Source: an uncultured virus (IMG/VR IMGVR_UViG_3300005326_000004)
Taxonomy: Duplodnaviria > Heunggongvirae > Uroviricota > Caudoviricetes
Direction: 5' to 3' (one strand)
Length of the DNA stretch: 20,000 nt
IMG/VR virus record: IMGVR_UViG_3300005326_000004
In this document: in pieces, positions 1 through 6,784 of the stretch
Position numbering within the stretch: position 1 is the first letter of the stretch
Layout of the letters: each line of letters opens with the position of its first letter
Position numbers and translations under genes: made by a program
The notes under the pieces: generated by a model
Database searches by the model: none
Told to the model about the DNA's origin: nothing
The model's input: the letters and a program-made list of their open reading frames with translations, nothing else

Positions 1-726
1 TTAGATCGTGTGTCGTATTGTACATTACGGTACAGTAAGGAAGAATGTTTGGATTTACCAGACCAGATATATCAGGTGCGTACGGTTGAACCATCCGTTG
101 AGCAAACGCAAGTTACTCAAGAAGTCGTTTTAGGAATTCACGTCAACTCTCTTACCGAAAGCAACGTTGAGTACCATACGCAAAAATTGGTACAAATCAC
201 CGGGGGTTTCTTACTGGATAAGGAAGGTAGTTGTGAAGTATACAAAACAAATCCGAAGTTGCAGGAATTGGGAGAAACCCTTTCACAAATATCTGGTAAG
301 TGTATCATATATCATTATTACGTCAAAGAATCCGAATTGATCAGTGAGTACCTGAAAGATATGGGGTACTCGTTTGTTGTGGTAAATGGTAACGTAAGTA
401 AAGCCGAACAGAAAAAGCAAATTGATTCATTTATCAACGGGAATGTACAAGTACTTCTCGCAAATCCAAATAGTGGAGGTGAAGGGATTGATGGTTTACA
501 AGTATCATCCACCATCATATATTACAGCAGAAGTTATATGGGTAGTATATTGCGTCAACAATCGGAAGGGCGTATACACCGGCAGGGCCAAAAAAACAAC
601 TGCGTGTATATAGACTTGGTTATGCATAACACAATAGACGAAATACTTTTTGATAATATGTCCAATTGTTCAAAACAATTTAAGAGTGTACTTACGTATT
701 TGCAAAAAAAGTATAAAAAAGGTTGA
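1..726 (+). CDS. SNF2/SF2 helicase, C-terminal part (5' truncated by window)
   Basis: Frame is open from base 1. Contains 'LRYSKEECLDLP', helicase C motifs 'LLANPNSGGEGIDGLQ' and 'QSEGRIHRQGQ' (motif VI), and 'YIDLV..NTIDE'. Confidence 0.9.
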   Translation, partial: LDRVSYCTLRYSKEECLDLPDQIYQVRTVEPSVEQTQVTQEVVLGIHVNSLTESNVEYHTQKLVQITGGFLLDKEGSCEVYKTNPKLQELGETLSQISGKCIIYHYYVKESELISEYLKDMGYSFVVVNGNVSKAEQKKQIDSFINGNVQVLLANPNSGGEGIDGLQVSSTIIYYSRSYMGSILRQQSEGRIHRQGQKNNCVYIDLVMHNTIDEILFDNMSNCSKQFKSVLTYLQKKYKKG

Positions 727-751
727 CATATATACTATCATATGGTATATT
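723..751 (+). promoter_or_regulatory. sigma70-type promoter
   Basis: TTGACA (723-728), 17-nt spacer, TATATT (746-751) preceded by TGn (extended -10). The -35 box contains the helicase TGA stop. Confidence 0.75.
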
Positions 752-794
752 ATAATTGTGGGGGGAGGTGATACCGAACCCCATAAAAATAAGA

Positions 795-839
795 TGAAAC
801 CATATAACATACCGGACGTATAATATTATATGGGGGGGG
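795..839 (+). promoter_or_regulatory. putative ECF-type promoter, motif copy 1
   Basis: TGAAAC-N16-CGTA followed by TAATATTATATGGGGGGGG; a related motif recurs at 1888-1930. Confidence 0.45.
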
Positions 840-870
840 AAGGGAAGCCACCAATTGAAAGGGAAGGACA

Positions 871-1137
871 ATGAATATAAACACCACTGATACCACCCCA
901 ACGCCAAAGGATTATGATAATGCGTTGGATATTTTCTCACTGGAAAAACGGTATGACAAACATACCTACACCAAGGAAGAAAATATCGTGTTGTTCAATG
1001 CTATCCTGGCGTTCGTTATCCGTTACCGGGCTCACATCGAATATTACGGATTGGAAGAGTTCCTTACCAAGTTTGCTGAAACGTACGTTAAGGACGGATT
1101 GAATGCCGCTCTTGACAATGTTATCATGAAAGGGTAA
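871..1137 (+). CDS. hypothetical early protein, paralogue of 1142..1627
   Basis: Purine-rich RBS (GGGAAGGA). Shares 'FV(I/L)RY...I...GL..F...F...Y' with the next ORF. Confidence 0.75.
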   Translation: MNINTTDTTPTPKDYDNALDIFSLEKRYDKHTYTKEENIVLFNAILAFVIRYRAHIEYYGLEEFLTKFAETYVKDGLNAALDNVIMKG

Positions 1138-1141
1138 GACA

Positions 1142-1627
1142 ATGAAACGTTACATTGAAAAAACCACACCCGAGCAGGACGAAAAAAACGCCATACGTAT
1201 TTTCCGTATTTACAAAATGGCCAGGAACGGTAATATTGTACTTGATAAAGTGTTGAGAGAAATCTCCCTGGATATTCGGGGGGCTTGCACTCCCGGCCAG
1301 AAGAAGCGTTTTTACACGCAAATTTCTGCTATGAAGGATGCCGGTCTGTTCGCTCCGGATGAAACGGATGAAGAGAACATCTTTTACATCTCCGCTGCTA
1401 CTGAATTTGTCCTTCGTTACACAGATATCATTGATCAGTGCGGTCTGAATTATTTTATTGAGGACTTTTCCAGGTGGTACATTGAGCGGTCTAACAATGA
1501 ATCCCATGCGGAGTATACCAATGAATCGTTTGGACCGGGAAACGGGCTCGATCCTGATGGAACCAAACCCGTGTATGACGCTTGGGCTGCCGGGGATACC
1601 AAACACAACCGTACTGACGAGGCGTAA
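1142..1627 (+). CDS. hypothetical early protein (paralogue family); 3' end overlaps hammerhead 1
   Basis: 161-aa ORF packed directly after the previous gene; similar to both 871..1137 and 1964..2209. Confidence 0.8.
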   Translation: MKRYIEKTTPEQDEKNAIRIFRIYKMARNGNIVLDKVLREISLDIRGACTPGQKKRFYTQISAMKDAGLFAPDETDEENIFYISAATEFVLRYTDIIDQCGLNYFIEDFSRWYIERSNNESHAEYTNESFGPGNGLDPDGTKPVYDAWAAGDTKHNRTDEA

Positions 1628-1666
1628 AGCGCCGAAACGGGAGAATACTCTCTCCCGTATACGGTT
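1607..1666 (+). ncRNA. type I hammerhead ribozyme 1 (cleavage GUA|, after 1659)
   Basis: Stem I AACCGTA/TACGGTT; core CTGACGA (1614-1620); stem II GGCG-TAAAG-CGCC; GAAA (1634-1637); stem III CGGGAGA/TCTCCCG; U16.1-A17. All core nucleotides are present. Confidence 0.93.
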
Positions 1667-1695
1667 AGCAGTACCAGCAACAAAGGAGGTTTATT

Positions 1696-1887
1696 ATGTA
1701 CGAAGTCACTTCCACAAGAAACGGTTATGTTCTGTGCTATGTCAATGTCCGGAGCATTGCGGATGCCAGACATATGGCAGAATGCCTTGAAAAGGAAGAC
1801 CCGTCCATAAAGGTGATTATTTACCATGTTCATTACGTTTTGACCAAGGGTTCTTTTTGCAAGATTATCCGTGAAATTGAAAGATAA
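1696..1887 (+). CDS. hypothetical protein (63 aa)
   Basis: Strong RBS AAAGGAGG just upstream of the ATG. Confidence 0.75.
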   Translation: MYEVTSTRNGYVLCYVNVRSIADARHMAECLEKEDPSIKVIIYHVHYVLTKGSFCKIIREIER

Positions 1888-1930
1888 TGGAACCACCCCG
1901 TAGGTCCAAACGTGTAATATATATGGGGGG
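1888..1930 (+). promoter_or_regulatory. putative ECF-type promoter, motif copy 2
   Basis: TGGAAC-N17-CGTG followed by TAATATATATGGGGGG; matches 795-839. Confidence 0.45.
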
Positions 1931-1963
1931 ATGGATAACGTACTCAACAAAAGGAGCAATACA

Positions 1964-2209
1964 ATGGAAAAGAATAACAACTACAATCCGTCCAAGCACA
2001 CGATGGAGACCGCGCTTCACATCTACAAAATGGTGAAATATGATAACATTGCGATGGAAGACGCAGTGAAGGAAATCGCTCTCACAATCGAAGAATGCCG
2101 GGAACACGAAAATCAGCATGACATTGCCGAAGTCATGGAAGTTCTGATGGAGAAGAAGAAGGAAATGGAATTGGAGGAAATGCTCAAAAATGTTTCGATT
2201 ACGGCGTAG
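1964..2209 (+). CDS. hypothetical early protein (paralogue family); stop abuts hammerhead 2
   Basis: RBS AAGGAG at 1951-1956 favours ATG 1964. 'IYKMVKYDNIAMEDAVKEIALTI' aligns with 'IYKMARNGNIVLDKVLREISLDI' of 1142..1627. Confidence 0.8.
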   Translation: MEKNNNYNPSKHTMETALHIYKMVKYDNIAMEDAVKEIALTIEECREHENQHDIAEVMEVLMEKKKEMELEEMLKNVSITA

Positions 2210-2273
2210 TTATCCTGACGAGTCGTGTAGCGACGAAACAGAGTGAACCCAATCCGTTCACTCTGTCGATAAC
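2209..2273 (+). ncRNA. type I hammerhead ribozyme 2 (cleavage GUC|, after 2267)
   Basis: Stem I GTTATC/GATAAC; core CTGACGA (2215-2221); stem II GTCG-TGTAG-CGAC; GAAA (2235-2238); stem III CAGAGTGAAC/GTTCACTCTG; U16.1-C17. Confidence 0.95.
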
Positions 2274-2305
2274 AACCAAAAACCCATAACGAAAAGGAGC
2301 AACCA

Positions 2306-2479
2306 ATGGATGAATTAATTCACTACTTTGGTTGCGGTATTTTTGAAGGTTTTGGAGTGGTATTATTCGTGTATATCAAAAATAAGTTTTTCAGCAAAGT
2401 GGAACAAAAGGAATCCGAATTGAAGGAAGCGTTTCCGAACTTCCATTTTCCGATTGAAGAAGGTGAGTTGTATGATTAG
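2306..2479 (+). CDS. small membrane protein, 57 aa (not in ORF track)
   Basis: RBS AAAAGGAG. Translation MDELIHYFGCGIFEGFGVVLFVYIKNKFFSKVEQKESELKEAFPNFHFPIEEGELYD; N-terminal hydrophobic stretch followed by lysines. Confidence 0.7.
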   Translation: MDELIHYFGCGIFEGFGVVLFVYIKNKFFSKVEQKESELKEAFPNFHFPIEEGELYD

Positions 2480-2540
2480 CATTATTGGTGTTGCAATCAT
2501 TTGGGGAGCCGTTTACTACGTAATATGGAGGATGAACTAA
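2472..2540 (+). CDS. 22-aa hydrophobic peptide (not in ORF track)
   Basis: MISIIGVAIIWGAVYYVIWRMN, preceded by AAGGTGAG; its TAA overlaps the next ATG (TAATG). Confidence 0.5.
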   Translation: MISIIGVAIIWGAVYYVIWRMN

Positions 2541-2746
2541 TGGAAACATTATTGACTCCTTTGGTCCAGGGACTGGTATTCGGATGTGGCACAGCGGTCA
2601 CTTTCGGAATCGTTATGCTCGCTGAATGGTTGATCAAGGAAACGTTCAAGCACAGGGGAGGGGGTAATCCCCTCCTCCATTGGGGGATACAATGTTTTTA
2701 CGCAATGCAGAAGAAGTACTCCATATATTGGAGCAAAACGCAATAA
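2540..2746 (+). CDS. small membrane protein
   Basis: GGAGG RBS before ATG 2540; TM-like segment LVQGLVFGCGTAVTFGIVMLAEWLI. The 3' end is uncertain because it runs through a hairpin and overlaps the next ORF. Confidence 0.55.
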   Translation: METLLTPLVQGLVFGCGTAVTFGIVMLAEWLIKETFKHRGGGNPLLHWGIQCFYAMQKKYSIYWSKTQ

Positions 2747-2856
2747 TTCGTAACCGGGGAGAAGTGGTTGACATGCACATTGTACGGCAATTGTTCAGCC
2801 AATTTATGGTGGAGGATGTCGAAGATTTGGAAGATTCCCCTACATTCAAGGAATAA
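2692..2856 (+). CDS. hypothetical protein, 54 aa, acidic tail (not in ORF track)
   Basis: GGGGGA RBS. Translation MFLRNAEEVLHILEQNAIIRNRGEVVDMHIVRQLFSQFMVEDVEDLEDSPTFKE; ends 3 nt before the next start. Confidence 0.6.
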   Translation: MFLRNAEEVLHILEQNAIIRNRGEVVDMHIVRQLFSQFMVEDVEDLEDSPTFKE

Positions 2857-2859
2857 GAC

Positions 2860-3150
2860 ATGGCTCGATTGCCGTATTACAGCGTACACAAAATCAAGAA
2901 ATTCCATGAAGAACACGGAGGTACGTTTTTTGATAAAAAACGTTTCGAGTTCAACCGATGGCATATGATTGACTTTGGGTACAAACGTTACAAGGGGGAA
3001 ACATACCTATACAAAAAAGTTGGTAAACTGGTTGTATGGCGTTTGGATAAAGTCACCGGGGAATTAATCGAAACCTCGTTTAGTGACTTTGATCATTCCG
3101 TTGTTTTTTGCAGACCAGCAACACGGTGGAATTCACGGAGGAATAAGTAA
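2860..3150 (+). CDS. hypothetical phage protein
   Basis: AAGGA RBS; TAATG coupling to the next gene. Confidence 0.7.
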   Translation: MARLPYYSVHKIKKFHEEHGGTFFDKKRFEFNRWHMIDFGYKRYKGETYLYKKVGKLVVWRLDKVTGELIETSFSDFDHSVVFCRPATRWNSRRNK

Positions 3151-3455
3151 TGGCTATAAAATCAACAGAAATTGAATGTGTTGATGTATACGCTTATGGC
3201 CTCGCTGCCGAATATCGGTTTACCATGCGAGTCCCAAAAATGCCCGATTCCAAACAGCAGATCCTGCTGGCAATCAAGGACGCACAAACGTTAAACGAAG
3301 GAGATCTCTACCCACACCTGATCAACAATCCCATCCGGTATATTTCGTTACCGGGAGGCAAAAGTTATTTTGCCGTGAACAAAACAAAATGTGTTGGCTA
3401 TTCATTCAGGGAAGTTATTGAAATCAGTAAAAAGGAGATGAAATATGAAGTTTGA
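3150..3455 (+). CDS. hypothetical phage protein
   Basis: GGAGG RBS; coupled to both neighbours. Confidence 0.7.
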   Translation: MAIKSTEIECVDVYAYGLAAEYRFTMRVPKMPDSKQQILLAIKDAQTLNEGDLYPHLINNPIRYISLPGGKSYFAVNKTKCVGYSFREVIEISKKEMKYEV

Positions 3456-3774
3456 AGTGGCAAAACGGGAGAGACCTTCCCATTACCGGAAAAACATGGA
3501 CCCCACTGTCTGGTCTTTTTTGGAGGCCGTGGATGCATTGGAAAACCAAGATGGATTGTGTATTCTCGTCCCTTGGGAACCGAGTGATACAGGATTAACA
3601 CTGAAAGCCAAGAAGCAAAGAATCCTTTCGTACCTACATCGGTACCTTTCAAACAAAAAATTCTCCGTTCTCAAAATGGATGAAGACAATACGTTGGGGA
3701 TTTTCCGCAGGTCTGATACCCCAGTGGTGAAGGGTAAAATACACAACGTCAATAAAATGGAAAAAACATGTTGA
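3445..3774 (+). CDS. hypothetical protein, possibly small DNA-binding
   Basis: AAGGAG RBS; basic 109-aa ORF. Confidence 0.7.
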   Translation: MKFEVAKRERPSHYRKNMDPTVWSFLEAVDALENQDGLCILVPWEPSDTGLTLKAKKQRILSYLHRYLSNKKFSVLKMDEDNTLGIFRRSDTPVVKGKIHNVNKMEKTC

Positions 3775-3799
3775 CATAACATATAATATGTATTATATT
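3771..3799 (+). promoter_or_regulatory. sigma70-type promoter
   Basis: TTGACA (3771-3776), 17 nt, TATATT (3794-3799). Same design as 723-751, again containing the upstream TGA stop. Confidence 0.75.
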
Positions 3800-3809
3800 A
3801 TATGTCTTG

Positions 3810-3862
3810 GTACAGGGGTGGGGCTTTTCACGGTAACGGTTCATCCACCCCCATCCCTGTAC
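3810..3862 (+). other. 5'-leader stem-loop
   Basis: GTACAGGGGTGGGG / CCCCATCCCTGTAC form a 14-bp stem (one G-U) with a 25-nt loop, directly after the promoter. Confidence 0.6.
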
Positions 3863-3887
3863 ATAAATACAATTATGGAGGCACACA

Positions 3888-4070
3888 ATGAAATTAGGTG
3901 AATTGGTTGACTTGTTGACCAGTTTGCTGGAAAACGGCTCAAGCAATCCGGATGATACCGTAATCGTGGAAGCGTACCCACACAGTTACGATATTGAAGA
4001 TATTCAAATCGGGTACGAAAGTGGGGAGCATTTTGTTTCCATCGTTGCAAAGGAAGGGCGAGCATGGTAG
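3888..4070 (+). CDS. hypothetical protein (60 aa)
   Basis: GGAGG RBS; typical small phage ORF starting 'MKLGELVDLL'. Confidence 0.7.
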   Translation: MKLGELVDLLTSLLENGSSNPDDTVIVEAYPHSYDIEDIQIGYESGEHFVSIVAKEGRAW

Positions 4071-4840
4071 GTACAGATCGTGAATTGGTCAAAAACAATT
4101 TCCGCACAACGGAAGATGCTGTTATGAACGTACCGCAGCCGGAGTTCACTAACACATGGAGGCCGTACGCACACAACATTATCATTGAAGGGCTCACCCG
4201 AGTGACCAGGGAAATGGGGCTTACGGTTGTTCACAAACAGTATTCCCTGAATGAGAAAGGTACGCAAATGTATGGGGCCTGGGGAATTGATACCGATATG
4301 AAAAAAGGGTCCGAAGGTCACCACATATATCAAGCCATCATATTTCGTAATTCGATTGACAAGGCGTTTTCTTTCGGCATTGCGGGAGGAACGGACACCT
4401 GGGTATGTGAGAACCTGGCTGTGTGGGGAAATTTCATTGAAATCCGGAAACACTCGAGTTCTTTGGACAGGACGGAATTGGTTTCGGCAATGTTCAAAGG
4501 AATCAAATCCCTCAAGCCCGAATTGGATAAAGTCATTGAATGGCATGATCTCATGAGGGAAATTCGGCTGGATACCAAGACGGTTGAAGCCCTGGCATAT
4601 CAAGCCATCATGCAAGGGGTAATCAATCTGAAAAAGTTACCCGTGTTCCATCGGTTGCTTTTCGGTGAGGATCACCCGTACGATAACACTACGTTGTTTG
4701 GATTCCACGGGGCATGTACCGAGGTTTTGAGGGATGGTCAAATCAATTCAACGATGATCGAACGCCAGGAGAAGTTGAATACGTTGATCAAGATGGAATG
4801 TCCCGCACTGCATGAGGTGTATGGTCCTAACGACATATAA
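4064..4840 (+). CDS. DUF932-family protein
   Basis: Motifs 'TWRPYAH' and 'FRNSIDKAFSFGIAGG..TWVCENL' resemble the DUF932 signature. Confidence 0.75.
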   Translation: MVGTDRELVKNNFRTTEDAVMNVPQPEFTNTWRPYAHNIIIEGLTRVTREMGLTVVHKQYSLNEKGTQMYGAWGIDTDMKKGSEGHHIYQAIIFRNSIDKAFSFGIAGGTDTWVCENLAVWGNFIEIRKHSSSLDRTELVSAMFKGIKSLKPELDKVIEWHDLMREIRLDTKTVEALAYQAIMQGVINLKKLPVFHRLLFGEDHPYDNTTLFGFHGACTEVLRDGQINSTMIERQEKLNTLIKMECPALHEVYGPNDI

Positions 4841-4879
4841 AGGGGTTTTATGCAAGGCACAACGTGTAAGGGTCCACGC

Positions 4880-5013
4880 GCACCCCCGATGGTAAACACA
4901 TAAGTAATCAAGAAGTACCATACCTAAACCCAGGTCAAAAACCATAGGTAATAAAAACATAAGGGTACAGCAACGTAAATGTACATACGAGCACCCCCGA
5001 TGGTAAACACATA
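4880..5013. repeat. 23-bp perfect direct repeat GCACCCCCGATGGTAAACACATA x2
   Basis: Copies at 4880-4902 and 4991-5013 (111-bp period) in the non-coding gap upstream of the primase. Confidence 0.9.
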
Positions 5014-5038
5014 TAGTATATGAAGTCAAAATATGGTG

Positions 5039-5069
5039 AAAGGGGAGGCATGGGAAGCACTCCCCTTTT
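5039..5069 (+). terminator. hairpin or possible intrinsic terminator before the primase
   Basis: AAAGGGGAG...CTCCCCTTTT inverted repeat ending in Ts. Confidence 0.45.
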
Positions 5070-5091
5070 AAAACCAATTCGGAGCCAGCAT

Positions 5092-6069
5092 ATGAATGTC
5101 AAAAAAATACTCAATGCATTTGGAATCATGTACGAGGAAACGCATCCAGCGGTTTCCAAAAAGTGCGTTGGCATTGACTGCCCGTACTGCCATGATACCG
5201 GTAAGCATATGGGTATTTTTCTTGACACGGGGAAAGCGTTTTGTTGGAAATGTCAAAAAACCCGGTTCATATCCCAAGTACTTTACAAATTGAAAGGGGT
5301 AACACAGGAACAGTTTGAAGCGGTTTCCGGTATACGGGTACGAAATGATGATCAACCAAAGAACAATTTGGACCGGATATTCAAAAAAACGAATACCAAT
5401 TATGTACAGGTGGAGGCAGATAACTCTGAAATCATAAAACACTTTTTATCATTTGAATCCATCAGCAGTAAACCGTATTTATCAGCAATCCATCATGTAA
5501 TGTTGGATTATGTTACATCCCGTTTCACTTGGGATGAATTGAAGTTATACGGTGCTGGGTATGCTCTCAGCGGGCCTATGATGAATCGGCTTGTAATCCC
5601 GTACCCAGCACCGTTTATTGGACCACCAATAGGTTTTGTGGGGAGGGATTTTACCGGGATAGCCCAACGGAAATATTTTGTTACACCAGGGCTCTCACTA
5701 CATTCACACGTATACCCAAATAGTGCATTTGGGGATAGACGAACGGATGTACTGGTTGTGGTAGAAGGCATTTTCGATTCATGGGCTATTACGGATTATT
5801 TGGCAGTGGCTTTATGCGGAAAAGCCATTTCAATCAAGCAGATTTCAAAAGTTATATCAATGTACCCAACAATGGATATGACCCTTGTAATCTGTTTGGA
5901 TGGAGATACGTCAATCCGTGATCGGGGAAATGTACAACGTGAGTTAGGGGTATTTTTCAAAAATTCGGTTATGGTGAACTTACCGGAGTTATTGGACCCG
6001 TCAAGTATACCAACCAATGAATTATCGTATTACATTGACAAAGGAGTTGAGTCACATGGGAAAGATTAA
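5092..6069 (+). CDS. DnaG-like DNA primase (Zn finger + TOPRIM)
   Basis: CPYC...CWKC zinc ribbon, 'IGFVGRDF', and TOPRIM motifs 'VVVEGIFD' and 'ICLDGD'. The GGAG RBS favours ATG 5092, although the ORF is open from 5020. Confidence 0.88.
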   Translation: MNVKKILNAFGIMYEETHPAVSKKCVGIDCPYCHDTGKHMGIFLDTGKAFCWKCQKTRFISQVLYKLKGVTQEQFEAVSGIRVRNDDQPKNNLDRIFKKTNTNYVQVEADNSEIIKHFLSFESISSKPYLSAIHHVMLDYVTSRFTWDELKLYGAGYALSGPMMNRLVIPYPAPFIGPPIGFVGRDFTGIAQRKYFVTPGLSLHSHVYPNSAFGDRRTDVLVVVEGIFDSWAITDYLAVALCGKAISIKQISKVISMYPTMDMTLVICLDGDTSIRDRGNVQRELGVFFKNSVMVNLPELLDPSSIPTNELSYYIDKGVESHGKD

Positions 6070-6241
6070 AACGGATTTGAAGGAATTGAGTCCGAACGAA
6101 TACAAAAAGAAGTGGTTGACCATCAGAGCATATTCGGAAAAATACGGATGGAACAAAGACACAATCTACAAATGGGTAAAGAAAGGGAAAATTGAAGCGC
6201 GGAAATTCGGAAAAATGATCCTCGTTCTCGATGCCAAATGA
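6056..6241 (+). CDS. HTH (excisionase/MerR-like) DNA-binding protein
   Basis: 'WLTIRAYSEKYGWNKDTIYKWVKKGKIEARKFGK' is a typical HTH_17 pattern; AAGGAG RBS before ATG 6056. Confidence 0.8.
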   Translation: MGKIKTDLKELSPNEYKKKWLTIRAYSEKYGWNKDTIYKWVKKGKIEARKFGKMILVLDAK

Positions 6242-6262
6242 TAATCTTCTTGGGGGTTAATT

Positions 6263-6769
6263 GTGGATACGGTAATTCATAAAACAATCGTTAAATTCTG
6301 TTATGAATTTAAAAAAAGGAACCCTCATATATTGGATGAAGTGGATGATCTGATCTGTGAAGCATACGTGCTACTTCCAAAAATTGAAAAAATGTACGAC
6401 AAGGAACAACACGTTTTGTTTACCACATTCCTTTGGAATGGGTTATACAGATACTTTTTGGATATGGTTGAATCAGACCGTAGTGGGGTATTCACATCAT
6501 TGGATGAATTAACGGAGTCCGAAGAATACCCCATTGAATTTCCATCCCAACGGATAACCTCATTTCCACCCGCCTTCCTGAACAGTTTATCCAACAATGC
6601 CCGTTTGTATGTTGAAACCATCTTGGACTTTCCGGAAGAGTTGGAAACGTTCATGAGTCGTAAAAACAAAAAGTACCCGTTCAAGTACCAGGTGGGTCAA
6701 TATTTGGGATTCAATAAAACGGAGGTTCACCGTATTCAACAGGAAGTTTTGGAGAAGTACATTTATTAA
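6263..6769 (+). CDS. RNA polymerase sigma-factor-like protein
   Basis: Region-2-like 'DDLICEAYVLL.KIEKMYD......FTTFLWNGLYRYFLDMV'; C-terminal HTH-like 'QVGQYLGFNKTEVHRIQQEV'. Confidence 0.65.
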   Translation: MDTVIHKTIVKFCYEFKKRNPHILDEVDDLICEAYVLLPKIEKMYDKEQHVLFTTFLWNGLYRYFLDMVESDRSGVFTSLDELTESEEYPIEFPSQRITSFPPAFLNSLSNNARLYVETILDFPEELETFMSRKNKKYPFKYQVGQYLGFNKTEVHRIQQEVLEKYIY

Positions 6770-6784
6770 AAAAGGAGTAAATCC

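Noticed and set aside
4880..5013. Direct repeats as a mini CRISPR array
   Set aside because: Only two copies, an 88-nt spacer (too long), no palindrome and no cas genes in the window.
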